In this document: positions 48,186 to 56,995 of the stretch, piece by piece
Layout: each line of letters opens with the position of its first letter
Position numbering within the stretch: position 1 is the stretch's first letter
Origin: a virus
Virus record (IMG/VR): IMGVR_UViG_3300028920_000037
Location: 32,001 to 96,000 of that record
Length of the DNA stretch: 64,000 bases
Direction: 5' to 3' (one strand)
Notes under the pieces: model-generated
What the model was told of the DNA's origin: nothing
Database searches by the model: none
What the model saw: the letters and a program-made list of their open reading frames with translations, nothing else
Program-made: the position numbers and the translations under genes

Positions 48186-48982
48186 TTGTTAAGTACCCGC
48201 GGACGCAACACGTCAGGGGCTCGCACCTTCAATACGGTGATGAGGACCTCGATGCGGTGTCGTTCGATGATCTGCGAGGCAAGCACCTCGTTGTCGAAGA
48301 AAAGATCGATGGAACAAACTCTGGAATCTCGTTCGAATCAGGACGACTCATGCTCCAGTCACGAGACCACTACCTACGTGGAGGCCCACGTGAAAAGCAG
48401 TTCGATCTTCTGAAGCAGTGGTCTAGCATGTGGCGGCAGGACCTGAACGACATCCTCGACGAGCGCTACGTGATGTACGGAGAGTGGATGTTCGCGAAGC
48501 ACACATGTTTTTACGACATGCTTCCACACTACTTCATGGAGTTCGACGTTTGGGACAAGGAACGAGGCTTCTTTCTTGATACATCTTCTCGATACGCGCT
48601 GTTGCGTAGCAGGAATCACGGTGTAAACATCGAACCTGTTCTTGTTGTCGCTGAAGGAATGTTCGGTTCGCTCGACGCCCTGAAGGAGCTGGTGTGTGAT
48701 TCACACTTCAAGTCTCGGCAGTGGCGTGCTGACCTAACAAGGCAAGCGTTGCTCGCTGATGTCGATCCTGATGTTGCCAAATTTCACACCGACATGAGTG
48801 ACCTGATGGAAGGTCTCTACGTCAAGTGGGAAGAGGACGGCATCGTCAAGGGACGCTACAAGTTCGTACGTGAATCGTTTACGAACCACGTCCTCAGTCA
48901 GGACCAACACTGGCACGACAGGCCAATCATACAAAATTCGCTGCGTCCAGGTGCCTTTAACGCGATGTTTGGTACAATGTAG
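48182..48982 (+). CDS. ATP-dependent RNA ligase (Rnl2-like)
   Basis: KYPRT.H..GS, motif I EEKIDGTN, YGEW, FMEFDVWD, EGLYVK, RYKFVR. Confidence 0.88.
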   Translation: MIVKYPRTQHVRGSHLQYGDEDLDAVSFDDLRGKHLVVEEKIDGTNSGISFESGRLMLQSRDHYLRGGPREKQFDLLKQWSSMWRQDLNDILDERYVMYGEWMFAKHTCFYDMLPHYFMEFDVWDKERGFFLDTSSRYALLRSRNHGVNIEPVLVVAEGMFGSLDALKELVCDSHFKSRQWRADLTRQALLADVDPDVAKFHTDMSDLMEGLYVKWEEDGIVKGRYKFVRESFTNHVLSQDQHWHDRPIIQNSLRPGAFNAMFGTM

Positions 48983-48984
48983 CA

Positions 48985-49815
48985 ATGGCACGTTACGCTT
49001 GGGCAACAGACGTACATCTAGATCACCTGAGAGACTCGTCTCAGGTGATTGCATTTGCAGAGATGATCGTCGCAACGAACTGCGACGGGGTCATCATCTC
49101 AGGGGACATCTCGATCGCGAAGCATGTGACGTATCACCTTGCGGCGATCGAAAAGGTTCTTCAGAGGCCGATCTACTTCGTTCTTGGGAACCATGACTAC
49201 TATGGCGGGACGATCGAGGCAGTTCGCAAGGAGATGAGCAACCTTGCGAGGATCTCACCGTTCCTCAAGTACCTCCCATTGCAGAGCTACCACATGCTCA
49301 ACAGCTCGACGGCGATCGTCGGTCATGATTGTTGGTACGACGGGATCCTCGGCAACCCGCAGGGATCGAAGTTTCATCTGACCGATTGGAGCGCCATCAG
49401 TGATTACAGGAACGACTACATGAATCCTCGAAAGTCCGAGGAAGAGAAGCGCAACCTGATCATCGGAACATCGAGGGACCTTGCGACCGAAGGCGTCATA
49501 CACATCCAGAAGGGCATCAAGGACGCGTTCAGGTACGCTCGTAGGGTGATCGTCGTCAGCCACGTCCCGCCGTATGCTGAATCACACATCTACGAAGGCA
49601 AGATCGGCAACGACGATGCGATGCCGTGGTTCACATGCAAGCTGTTGGGCGACATGCTGTCTGATGCATCGAAGGCATTCCCAGACAGGAAGATTGTTTC
49701 GCTCTCGGGTCACACACATGGCCAGTACCAAGGCAAGAAGACAGACAACCTCGACGTCCTTGTTGGTGGTGCTAGGTACGGAAATCCAATGATCGAAACA
49801 ATCATTGATATCTGA
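48985..49815 (+). CDS. Calcineurin-like metallophosphoesterase
   Basis: TDVHL, GDIS, GNHDYY, SHVPP, GHTH; TACAAT-N6-ATG. Confidence 0.9.
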   Translation: MARYAWATDVHLDHLRDSSQVIAFAEMIVATNCDGVIISGDISIAKHVTYHLAAIEKVLQRPIYFVLGNHDYYGGTIEAVRKEMSNLARISPFLKYLPLQSYHMLNSSTAIVGHDCWYDGILGNPQGSKFHLTDWSAISDYRNDYMNPRKSEEEKRNLIIGTSRDLATEGVIHIQKGIKDAFRYARRVIVVSHVPPYAESHIYEGKIGNDDAMPWFTCKLLGDMLSDASKAFPDRKIVSLSGHTHGQYQGKKTDNLDVLVGGARYGNPMIETIIDI

Positions 49816-50594
49816 TGACTGACGAGATTATCAGCGTCGATGGAGGCTGGCTTATCAAAGCAGATGCGGCGGTCCAACAGACCGTCTGGGACGTGCTCGA
49901 CCTCGTCGGTCAGAATAGGTGGATGATCTACACAGATCCTCCTTACGGCAGCATCGTCAAGGAGGGCTGGGACGTCAAACTTCAGGGTGAGGAACACGGT
50001 GAGTGGATGCTCAACTGGACGAACATGTGGGCGCACCACCTCAATGAAGGAGCTGCGTTCTACGTTTGGGGAGGCGTGGGAAAGCACTTGAATAGGTCGT
50101 TCTTCTACTACGCTGCGAAGGTCGAGCACCGCACACAGCTCAAGATCCAGAACGTGATCACCTGGAAGAAGCGTCGAGGCATAGGGACGGCCTACAATTA
50201 TCTCTTCACGCGTGAGGAGTTGCTCTTTATGCTCAAGGAAGGCAAAAACGTGCAGCCTCTCGTGTTCAACGTGCCACTGCTAGATGAGCTCCGCGGCTAT
50301 GCGGGTTACAACAACAAGTACCCAGCCAAGAGCCCGTACAAGAGGCGATCGAACGTTTGGACAGACGTCACCGAAATCCTTCGTGGTAAGAAACACCCTG
50401 CACAGAAACCCGTTCGTCTCGCGGAGATCGCGATCGAGACATCATCCCATAGGAAGGACGTCGTTGTTGACCTTTTCGCTGGTTCGGGTTCTACGGGTGT
50501 CGCCGCTCACCGCTTAGGTCGCGATTTCGTCCTTGTAGAGAACGATGACGCTACGTTTGAAGAACTCAAGCGAACCTTCTCTTGTAAAGCGTAA
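49815..50594 (+). CDS. N6A/N4C DNA methyltransferase (beta class)
   Basis: TDPPY, ITWKK, NVW, HPAQKP, DLFAGSGST. Confidence 0.9.
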   Translation: MTDEIISVDGGWLIKADAAVQQTVWDVLDLVGQNRWMIYTDPPYGSIVKEGWDVKLQGEEHGEWMLNWTNMWAHHLNEGAAFYVWGGVGKHLNRSFFYYAAKVEHRTQLKIQNVITWKKRRGIGTAYNYLFTREELLFMLKEGKNVQPLVFNVPLLDELRGYAGYNNKYPAKSPYKRRSNVWTDVTEILRGKKHPAQKPVRLAEIAIETSSHRKDVVVDLFAGSGSTGVAAHRLGRDFVLVENDDATFEELKRTFSCKA

Positions 50595-50610
50595 TGCGGT
50601 GTATTAGGGT
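50582..50610 (+). promoter_or_regulatory. Sigma70-type promoter TTGTAA-N17-TAGGGT, leaderless
   Basis: The -10 ends 6 nt before ATG 50617. Confidence 0.55.
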
Positions 50611-50616
50611 GTATCT

Positions 50617-50901
50617 ATGACGCCCGAACAGCACAAAGAGCGCGAGAATCAACAGGCACGCCTCAAGTGGCTCGAGGAGAACCTCGCTCAATCCATCAAG
50701 GAGGAAGGCTTTGCACGTAGCCGCAAGGAACGCCAAGAAAAGCTCATGCTAAGGGTTGGTTACGCAAAGAAACCAAAACATAAGCAGGAACAGATCAGGC
50801 GTAGGCACTATAATGCAACCGTTCAAGAATCCCAGTTGTCTGAAGTTGCCCAGCTCCTTGGTTCAGAGATCGGAGGCCTCCGTCGAGAAATCGAAGGCTG
50901 A
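50617..50901 (+). CDS. Hypothetical coiled-coil protein
   Basis: 94 aa, charged and helical. Confidence 0.5.
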   Translation: MTPEQHKERENQQARLKWLEENLAQSIKEEGFARSRKERQEKLMLRVGYAKKPKHKQEQIRRRHYNATVQESQLSEVAQLLGSEIGGLRREIEG

Positions 50902-51820
50902 GGATGACATCATAAAGGTCGAGTTTGACCTCCTCGAACCCCTGCGTGACGCGCCCAAGTGGGGAGTCGTCACAGAGATCATCGAGTCCGCAGCTCCGTA
51001 CGGAGGGTTCCTTGCGGGAGGTTTTGCTTCGCAGCTGGCAAGGATAGCACTCGCACCAAATCGTCCTCGTCGGGCGCACCTCAAGGATCTCGAATCAACG
51101 TACATTGATGTTGAAAAGGCATTTGGTCCTTCTGACATCGATATGTTTTTCGACGATAACGAATCTCTTGAGTGTTTTGTTTACACAAAACCGTTCACAC
51201 GACCGAACAAGATCAACATTGTTGAAAGTTCGGGTGGAGAAGCGTACGAGTTCAAGGTCAAGGTCGGAAATGATCGTAATTCACCTCTATACGTACGTTT
51301 CCAGCTGATCAAGCGTTGGCTTGGTACACCAAAGCACGTTGTGGGTGACTTTGACCTTGTGAACGCGATGGTTGGGTACAGGCGTCTCAAGAACACCCAC
51401 ACGACGTTTGTTCACAAGGACTGGAAGAGGTATGAAGACGCTCGTCAGGTCCATGTTCTGAACTGGAACAGCCCGATGGTCATCAAGCGCGTCGTGAAGT
51501 ACGTCAAACGCAAGGGTTACAGCGGGCTTTCGCAGGAGACCGCCGACCAGCTCAGTGCGGCATCGATGGAATTCATTAACGGGATACGTTCTGGAAAGTA
51601 TTCGTTCGAGTTCTGTCCGACTGAATCGAGCTTTGCATCGAACCTGTCGACGCTCATGCCATACCTTTCGATCGATCAATTACTAACGTTGTCGATGATC
51701 AATGTGAAGTTTGATGAGTACGAACGTGACAAGACGTTCCACGAGCGCGTAATGCGGACGATCGTCGATAGACATGCGCGCGAGCTCGAGGAGCGACACG
51801 CTGCAGCAATCTCTGTGTGA
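50813..51820 (+). CDS. Pol-beta nucleotidyltransferase resembling the CCA-adding/poly(A) polymerase head domain (start uncertain)
   Basis: FLAGGF...SDIDMFF, FQLI, V..FDLVNAM, R..KY..KGY. Confidence 0.65.
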   Translation: MQPFKNPSCLKLPSSLVQRSEASVEKSKAEDDIIKVEFDLLEPLRDAPKWGVVTEIIESAAPYGGFLAGGFASQLARIALAPNRPRRAHLKDLESTYIDVEKAFGPSDIDMFFDDNESLECFVYTKPFTRPNKINIVESSGGEAYEFKVKVGNDRNSPLYVRFQLIKRWLGTPKHVVGDFDLVNAMVGYRRLKNTHTTFVHKDWKRYEDARQVHVLNWNSPMVIKRVVKYVKRKGYSGLSQETADQLSAASMEFINGIRSGKYSFEFCPTESSFASNLSTLMPYLSIDQLLTLSMINVKFDEYERDKTFHERVMRTIVDRHARELEERHAAAISV

Positions 51821-51902
51821 ACAAGCTCGTTGTGTGTTGTAGATATCGATAGGGTGCGCCACACACCCGTCGTTGCTGCTTTGCAACGAAAAGGAGAGAA
51901 CC

Positions 51903-52436
51903 GTGAAGCGCGCACTGCTGCTGAATGCAGACTACACACCGATGCACTTCGTTGACGAGGAAGAGGCAATCTACCTGCTCTACCTCAACAAGGCGGAGAT
52001 GATCACAATGTTGAACGGTACGCCCAGCTCGTGGCCTGAGGGTCACGGTCTCGTGAACGGCGGAACGTTCCCAGCTGGAGCAACGCTCAGGCTCATGGAA
52101 CGTGTCACGAAGAAGTGGAAGTCACCTCGCTTCCGCAAGCGTGTCCTGTTCAACAGGGACGATTGGAAGTGCCAGTACTGTGGTACGCCAGTCACAACGT
52201 CCACGGCGACGATCGAACACGTGTTTCCACAGTCAAGGGGCGGCATGACAACGTGGCAGAACTGCGTCACTGCGTGTTCACCGTGTAACAGACGGAAGAA
52301 GAACAGGACGCCAGAAGAGGCAGGAATGTGCCTGTTGTCGCAGCCAAAGGCTCCATCGCCGCTGCACTTCTGGGACCTGAGAAGGACGAGCACCTGGCAC
52401 TCTGACTGGGATACGTTCCTTCGCGTTGACAACTGA
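51903..52436 (+). CDS. HNH endonuclease
   Basis: SD AGGAG; LLLNADYTP, RDDWKCQYCG, TIEHVFPQSRGG..TWQNCVTACSPCNRRK..RTP.EAGM. Confidence 0.9.
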   Translation: MKRALLLNADYTPMHFVDEEEAIYLLYLNKAEMITMLNGTPSSWPEGHGLVNGGTFPAGATLRLMERVTKKWKSPRFRKRVLFNRDDWKCQYCGTPVTTSTATIEHVFPQSRGGMTTWQNCVTACSPCNRRKKNRTPEEAGMCLLSQPKAPSPLHFWDLRRTSTWHSDWDTFLRVDN

Positions 52437-52452
52437 TGCATACTTACTGGCT

Positions 52453-53087
52453 ATGAGGACGACCCTCAGCCAGGTTAGGAGTATCATCAGAGAGGAATTG
52501 GCCCGCCATCTTAATGAGGAATGGTGGGCTGAGTCATATTCTGGTAAGCTGTACGATGAGCCCGCGCTTGATCCAGAAAAAGAGACGCTCTGGATCGAAA
52601 AGGATTCGAAGCGCAAGATCAAGAAGTGGATGAAGGACATGGGCCTCGCCGAGGCTGTGTCCAACAGAGACATCCTCGCAAGGCTTCAAAACCTGAGTGA
52701 TAGCAATGTTGAGTACATAAAGGATCCCTTGAGCTATAGGGCCGGATCGCTCAGGTTCAACGAGCTCGAATACATCACGAGTAACGCTGATCCTACTACG
52801 ATCGCGTTGAAACAACACCCATCTGCCTAAACGTTTGGGCAGGCGATGATGAGTTGAAGTTTTATCTGAACGACGGTCGCCACCGCTGGTTGCCTGCACG
52901 GATGTACGGTGCGTCAAAGATACGTGCGGATGTCACGATCGACTATAGTGAGAATGATTCGATGCCGGTCGGTGTAATGACGATCGGAATTGCTTCCGAT
53001 GATCTAGGACGATTGATCAAGATCGCAGACAAGGTCTACAGAAAGGACCGCGAAAGACCTCCCGATCGCTCTTTGAGGTTCAATTGA
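52453..53087 (+). CDS. Putative late/virion protein with a ParB/Srx-like domain, frameshifted near 52791-52795
   Basis: ATACTTA-N6-ATG; SQVRSIIREEL leader; the -1 frame continues YYDRVETTPICLNVW...FYLNDGRHR. Confidence 0.5.
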
Positions 53088-53127
53088 GCGCTCGCCCGAG
53101 TCGTTATACTTATAGCGAGGAGTCCTC

Positions 53128-54282
53128 ATGAAGTTGAAGCTGCAACAGCTGCGTGCCGTGGCACGCAGCACCTTGGTAGAAGTCAAGGCAACCGAGGCGC
53201 TGCGTAACGCTATGCCGAAGGTTTTTGGTCCTGCTATGCGCGTAGATGGTGACCTCAAGGTGCTCGCTCGTAGGGTAAACGAGCGCCTCGATGTCATGGA
53301 GCGTACAGGAAACACCGCGATCATTGAGATTGCTACGGCGGTGCTTGCGCCGCTCGCAAGGAACCGATCAGCAGAAGTACGCAAGATGGTTGCAAGGCTT
53401 CTACCCAAGAACCTTACGACGAAGCTGTGTGAGGACAGGCATCCAGCTGTTAGGGCAGCAGTAGCTCGTAGGGTTCCATACGATGCGCTTTGTAAGATGT
53501 GTGAGAGGTTTCCAAACGACGACCAGCTGACAACCATCAAGGCAGAGCGCATCGACGAGGTGCTTGAACCCGTTGAAGAGCTTGATTCAAAAGCAATAGG
53601 TGAGACAGTCATGACGAACGTCAGCGAGTTGTCGAAGCAGTGGTACATGGAGGCTGCGCGCAAGCTCCTTGAGGACTACGGCGAGTTTACGAGGACTCCG
53701 GTACTCGCCGAACGTCACTGGAACCCGAAGGCGGTCGCTCGGTACTGTGCGAGCCTGAAGGCCTCGTGGGGCGTCGAGATCGATGCAAAGAAGCTTCAGG
53801 AGGCGGTCGATATGCTGCTTAGGGAGCTCGACGATCGCAGGGAGAATCAGTATGGAAACTCGCTGTCAGAGATCAAGAAGAACCTCGAACGTCTCGTTGA
53901 AAGTGACGACCGCGGCAAGCTTCCGATCATGCCAATCGTTGCTGAAGAGCGGACAGATCCGGTCAAGTCGTTGCTCGAGAACAGGTGCACGAACGCTGAG
54001 TACTTGAAGTTCTTTGAGTCAATGTTCAATGTTCGCAAGTCAACGATTCCAGCGACGATCAGGAAGTACAGACTCGGCGAAGGAATGTCAAAGGAGACGT
54101 TCGTTCCGATGAAGGCGCAGCTTCCACACGGTGTTTTGAATGAGGTGACTGAACAGGCGCTCAACAGGTACGTTGAGTGTTGGAACGCGGCGGTTGCGCT
54201 CGCTGGTGAGCCACTGAAGCTTGGTTGGAACATTGATCCGGCGAACATTGCGTCGGTCGGATTTGACCTGGAGCTCTTCTGA
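53128..54282 (+). CDS. Putative late/virion protein with HEAT/LRV-like repeats
   Basis: ATACTTA 53106-53112, SD GAGGAG; MKLKLQQLRAVA leader; LARNRSAEVRKMVA and LCEDRHPAVRAAVA. Confidence 0.55.
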   Translation: MKLKLQQLRAVARSTLVEVKATEALRNAMPKVFGPAMRVDGDLKVLARRVNERLDVMERTGNTAIIEIATAVLAPLARNRSAEVRKMVARLLPKNLTTKLCEDRHPAVRAAVARRVPYDALCKMCERFPNDDQLTTIKAERIDEVLEPVEELDSKAIGETVMTNVSELSKQWYMEAARKLLEDYGEFTRTPVLAERHWNPKAVARYCASLKASWGVEIDAKKLQEAVDMLLRELDDRRENQYGNSLSEIKKNLERLVESDDRGKLPIMPIVAEERTDPVKSLLENRCTNAEYLKFFESMFNVRKSTIPATIRKYRLGEGMSKETFVPMKAQLPHGVLNEVTEQALNRYVECWNAAVALAGEPLKLGWNIDPANIASVGFDLELF

Positions 54283-54836
54283 TGAGCAAAAAGAACATTC
54301 TAGAATCGCTCGAAGCGCAGATCATGATTCCGCCCGATGCTGACGCAAAGCTTCAGAGCCTGCTGCAGCACTGGGAAAGCACGTACTACGGAGCGCTGTC
54401 TGTCCTGCTTGCAAACCTTCGCTTCCTTGCGCTCCTTCATCAGTTTCATCACTGGACGGTTTCCGGTAGCTCGTACTACGGTGACCATCTGCTGTTTCAA
54501 CGCCTCTATGAGGGCGTCACTGAAGAGATTGACAGCCTTGCAGAAAGGGCAATCGGCCTGGGTTCAGAGTGCAACGTTGACCTCAGGATGCAGTTTGATA
54601 CGATCTACGCGTTCATCAAGGACTACAGCATGGCTGGGGTCACGTACGCTCGTGACGGAGACCTTGCATACAAGTCACTCGATGCAGAGTACAACTTCCT
54701 CCGTGTTGCTCAGGTAATCAGAGAGTATCTCGATGCGAACGGCATGCTGACAGGTGGCCTTGAGGACCTACTTCCTGCGATCGAAGGTAAGCACGAGGAA
54801 CACATCTATCTTCTGAAACAAAGGGTTGGTGGATGA
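54282..54836 (+). CDS. dps: Dps-family ferritin-like protein
   Basis: HQFHHWTVSG..YYGDHLLFQRLYE...EIDSLAERAIGLG ferroxidase signature; HEEHIYLL. Confidence 0.88.
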   Translation: MSKKNILESLEAQIMIPPDADAKLQSLLQHWESTYYGALSVLLANLRFLALLHQFHHWTVSGSSYYGDHLLFQRLYEGVTEEIDSLAERAIGLGSECNVDLRMQFDTIYAFIKDYSMAGVTYARDGDLAYKSLDAEYNFLRVAQVIREYLDANGMLTGGLEDLLPAIEGKHEEHIYLLKQRVGG

Positions 54837-55329
54837 CATGGAAGAGATTGCAGGAATCTGGGATGTATTAGCGCGACATGTCAAGTCGGACACAGGCAAG
54901 GAGCTGGATTCGCTTCAGCTCCAGCAGACGTTGGCCCCGTTTGATAGGCAGGACATCTCAGAAGAAGAACTTGCAAACATCGTTGCTGATGCTATCTCAG
55001 GCGGCGGTTCGTGGTTCGAAACAGACACGATCATCCAGGACATGGAACTGATGGGATTTCTGCTTCCGACGACGATTGATACGTCTGCGGCGAATCAGGT
55101 CTACACGCTCAACCTGACAGAGACGATTGACGTTGCGACAGCGTTGCTCCGTGAGAGGTTCGGTTGGCCGGTCAAGGCGACAGAACAGATGGTTGGAGTC
55201 GCTGACGAGGGCCCTGATGGAAAGACAACGTACGACGATGAGCCAAAGCCAGGAGATTGGGACGATTCTGTTTTTCGTGAGGACTTCAAGCGCTACGTCA
55301 GGTTCATCGCCGCCAGTTTGAACGATTGA
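54826..55329 (+). CDS. Hypothetical acidic protein
   Basis: Overlaps the dps end; 167 aa. Confidence 0.5.
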   Translation: MVDDMEEIAGIWDVLARHVKSDTGKELDSLQLQQTLAPFDRQDISEEELANIVADAISGGGSWFETDTIIQDMELMGFLLPTTIDTSAANQVYTLNLTETIDVATALLRERFGWPVKATEQMVGVADEGPDGKTTYDDEPKPGDWDDSVFREDFKRYVRFIAASLND

Positions 55330-55354
55330 ACAGCGTGTGCTCGTAGCATAGAAT
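55326..55354 (+). promoter_or_regulatory. Sigma70-type promoter TTGAAC-N17-TAGAAT, leaderless
   Basis: The -10 ends 6 nt before ATG 55361. Confidence 0.7.
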
Positions 55355-55360
55355 CGGTCT

Positions 55361-55888
55361 ATGGAACACGACGAGGAACCGATCAACGCACTGTGTAGGA
55401 CGGCAAACATGGTCGATGTGTTTGCTGTTCTGATCTACAAGCACGACCCGATGTCGCTCCAGTCTCCCGATCCACTCGAGTATGAATCTGAAGCGTTATC
55501 GATCACCGCACGGTTCATTGAGTCGGGCGTGCACGCTGCAAACGATGACGTTGCTGTGCCTGCTGCAGTCGAGATCGTAAGGAACGCGTTTATCTTCTGG
55601 TTTGAAGACGATGATGCAGCACTCAGCGCTCGTGCAAAGGGAGCGGACTACGGTCCGCTCGCAAAGGAGCTTGTTGAAGCGCTTCGCACAGAATTTGTGG
55701 AGGAGTTTGCAGAGCTCGATGAAGAATCGCCCACTGGCGTGCAGGCAGAGTTTGCTGCCGCTGTTGGCTTGAACGTTGAGTTTCCGCTGAGCGAACGTAC
55801 AACGCCCGGAACGCCTCGTGCCAAGGTCGTTGCAGAGGATAACATGGATCTTGATGGTCCACCAATCATCATCAGGGAGAAAAAGTGA
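55361..55888 (+). CDS. Hypothetical protein
   Basis: HDPM...EYESEA..I...FWF pattern. Confidence 0.55.
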   Translation: MEHDEEPINALCRTANMVDVFAVLIYKHDPMSLQSPDPLEYESEALSITARFIESGVHAANDDVAVPAAVEIVRNAFIFWFEDDDAALSARAKGADYGPLAKELVEALRTEFVEEFAELDEESPTGVQAEFAAAVGLNVEFPLSERTTPGTPRAKVVAEDNMDLDGPPIIIREKK

Positions 55889-56862
55889 AGAACGTTCTCA
55901 TCACCGGTGCCGCAGGGTTCCTAGGTAGTCACCTTGCCCAAAGGTTCATCAACAACGGAGACTTCGTCATAGGAGTCGACAACTTTTCGACGGCACTCGG
56001 CGTAGATGCAATTCACTTCACTGCGCTTCAGGTGCAGAAGCACTTTGAGTTCTATAGGATGGACATCCGTGATCTTTTAAAGATCGGCACCCTCATCGCA
56101 AGGTTCAAGCCGTCGCTCATCCTGAACTTTGCGTGTCCAGCATCACCACCAAGGTACCAGGCTGAACCGATCCAAACCTTGATGACGAGCGTTCAGGGAC
56201 TAAACAACGTGCTTTCGGCCGTCAGGCTGGCCTGTATCAGGCCCACGATCATCCACGCGTCGACCAGCGAGGTCTATGGAGACCCAGAGATGTCTCCACA
56301 ACCTGAGACGTACTTCGGTCGCGTGAACTCGTATGGACCGCGTAGCTGCTACGATGAGGGCAAGCGTGCTGCAGAGGCACTGTGTTTCGACTATGCGAAC
56401 CTGGGTATGGATATCAGGCCGGTCCGCATCTTCAACACCTATGGTCCTCACATGGACCCCGATGACGGCCGCGTCGTCAGCAATTTCATCTGCCAGATGC
56501 TTCGCGACGAACCGATGACAATCTACGGCGACGGTGAGCAGACGCGTTCGTTTTGCTACGTTGACGACCTCGTAGAAGGGATCTATCGTGTCAGTGAGCT
56601 TCCTGTCGGAGTATTGAACGGACCGATCAACCTGGGGAATCCAAACGAGTTCACGATCAAGGAACTCGCGTTCAAGGTTGCAAAGGCACTTGGCAAGAAG
56701 CCTCAGATCACGTTTGACGCGTTTCCCATCAACGACCCGCTTCAGCGCAAGCCTGACATCACGCTTGCGAAACAATTTCTCAATGGGTGGGGACCAAAGG
56801 TCCAGCTCGACGATGGACTTCCTCCGACGATTGAGTGGTTTAAGAATCTTCTAGAGAAGTGA
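55885..56862 (+). CDS. UDP-glucuronic acid decarboxylase (UXS-like extended SDR)
   Basis: TGAAGFLGSHL, ACPASPPRYQ, ASTSEVYGDP, GPRSCYDEGKR, RIFNTYGP, DDGRVVSNF, QTRSFCYV, DP.QRKPDI. Confidence 0.92.
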   Translation: MKNVLITGAAGFLGSHLAQRFINNGDFVIGVDNFSTALGVDAIHFTALQVQKHFEFYRMDIRDLLKIGTLIARFKPSLILNFACPASPPRYQAEPIQTLMTSVQGLNNVLSAVRLACIRPTIIHASTSEVYGDPEMSPQPETYFGRVNSYGPRSCYDEGKRAAEALCFDYANLGMDIRPVRIFNTYGPHMDPDDGRVVSNFICQMLRDEPMTIYGDGEQTRSFCYVDDLVEGIYRVSELPVGVLNGPINLGNPNEFTIKELAFKVAKALGKKPQITFDAFPINDPLQRKPDITLAKQFLNGWGPKVQLDDGLPPTIEWFKNLLEK

Positions 56863-56995
56863 CGTCTTCGTAGGTACAACGTAGGAATGACCCGTCCCGC
56901 CCGAGAAGCTAGACGTGAAGCCGCCAGTAGGTACGATTCTGAGCGTCACGGAGGTGGTAGAAATTGATGCTTGGCACACCGTGAGCTCCGGGTGC

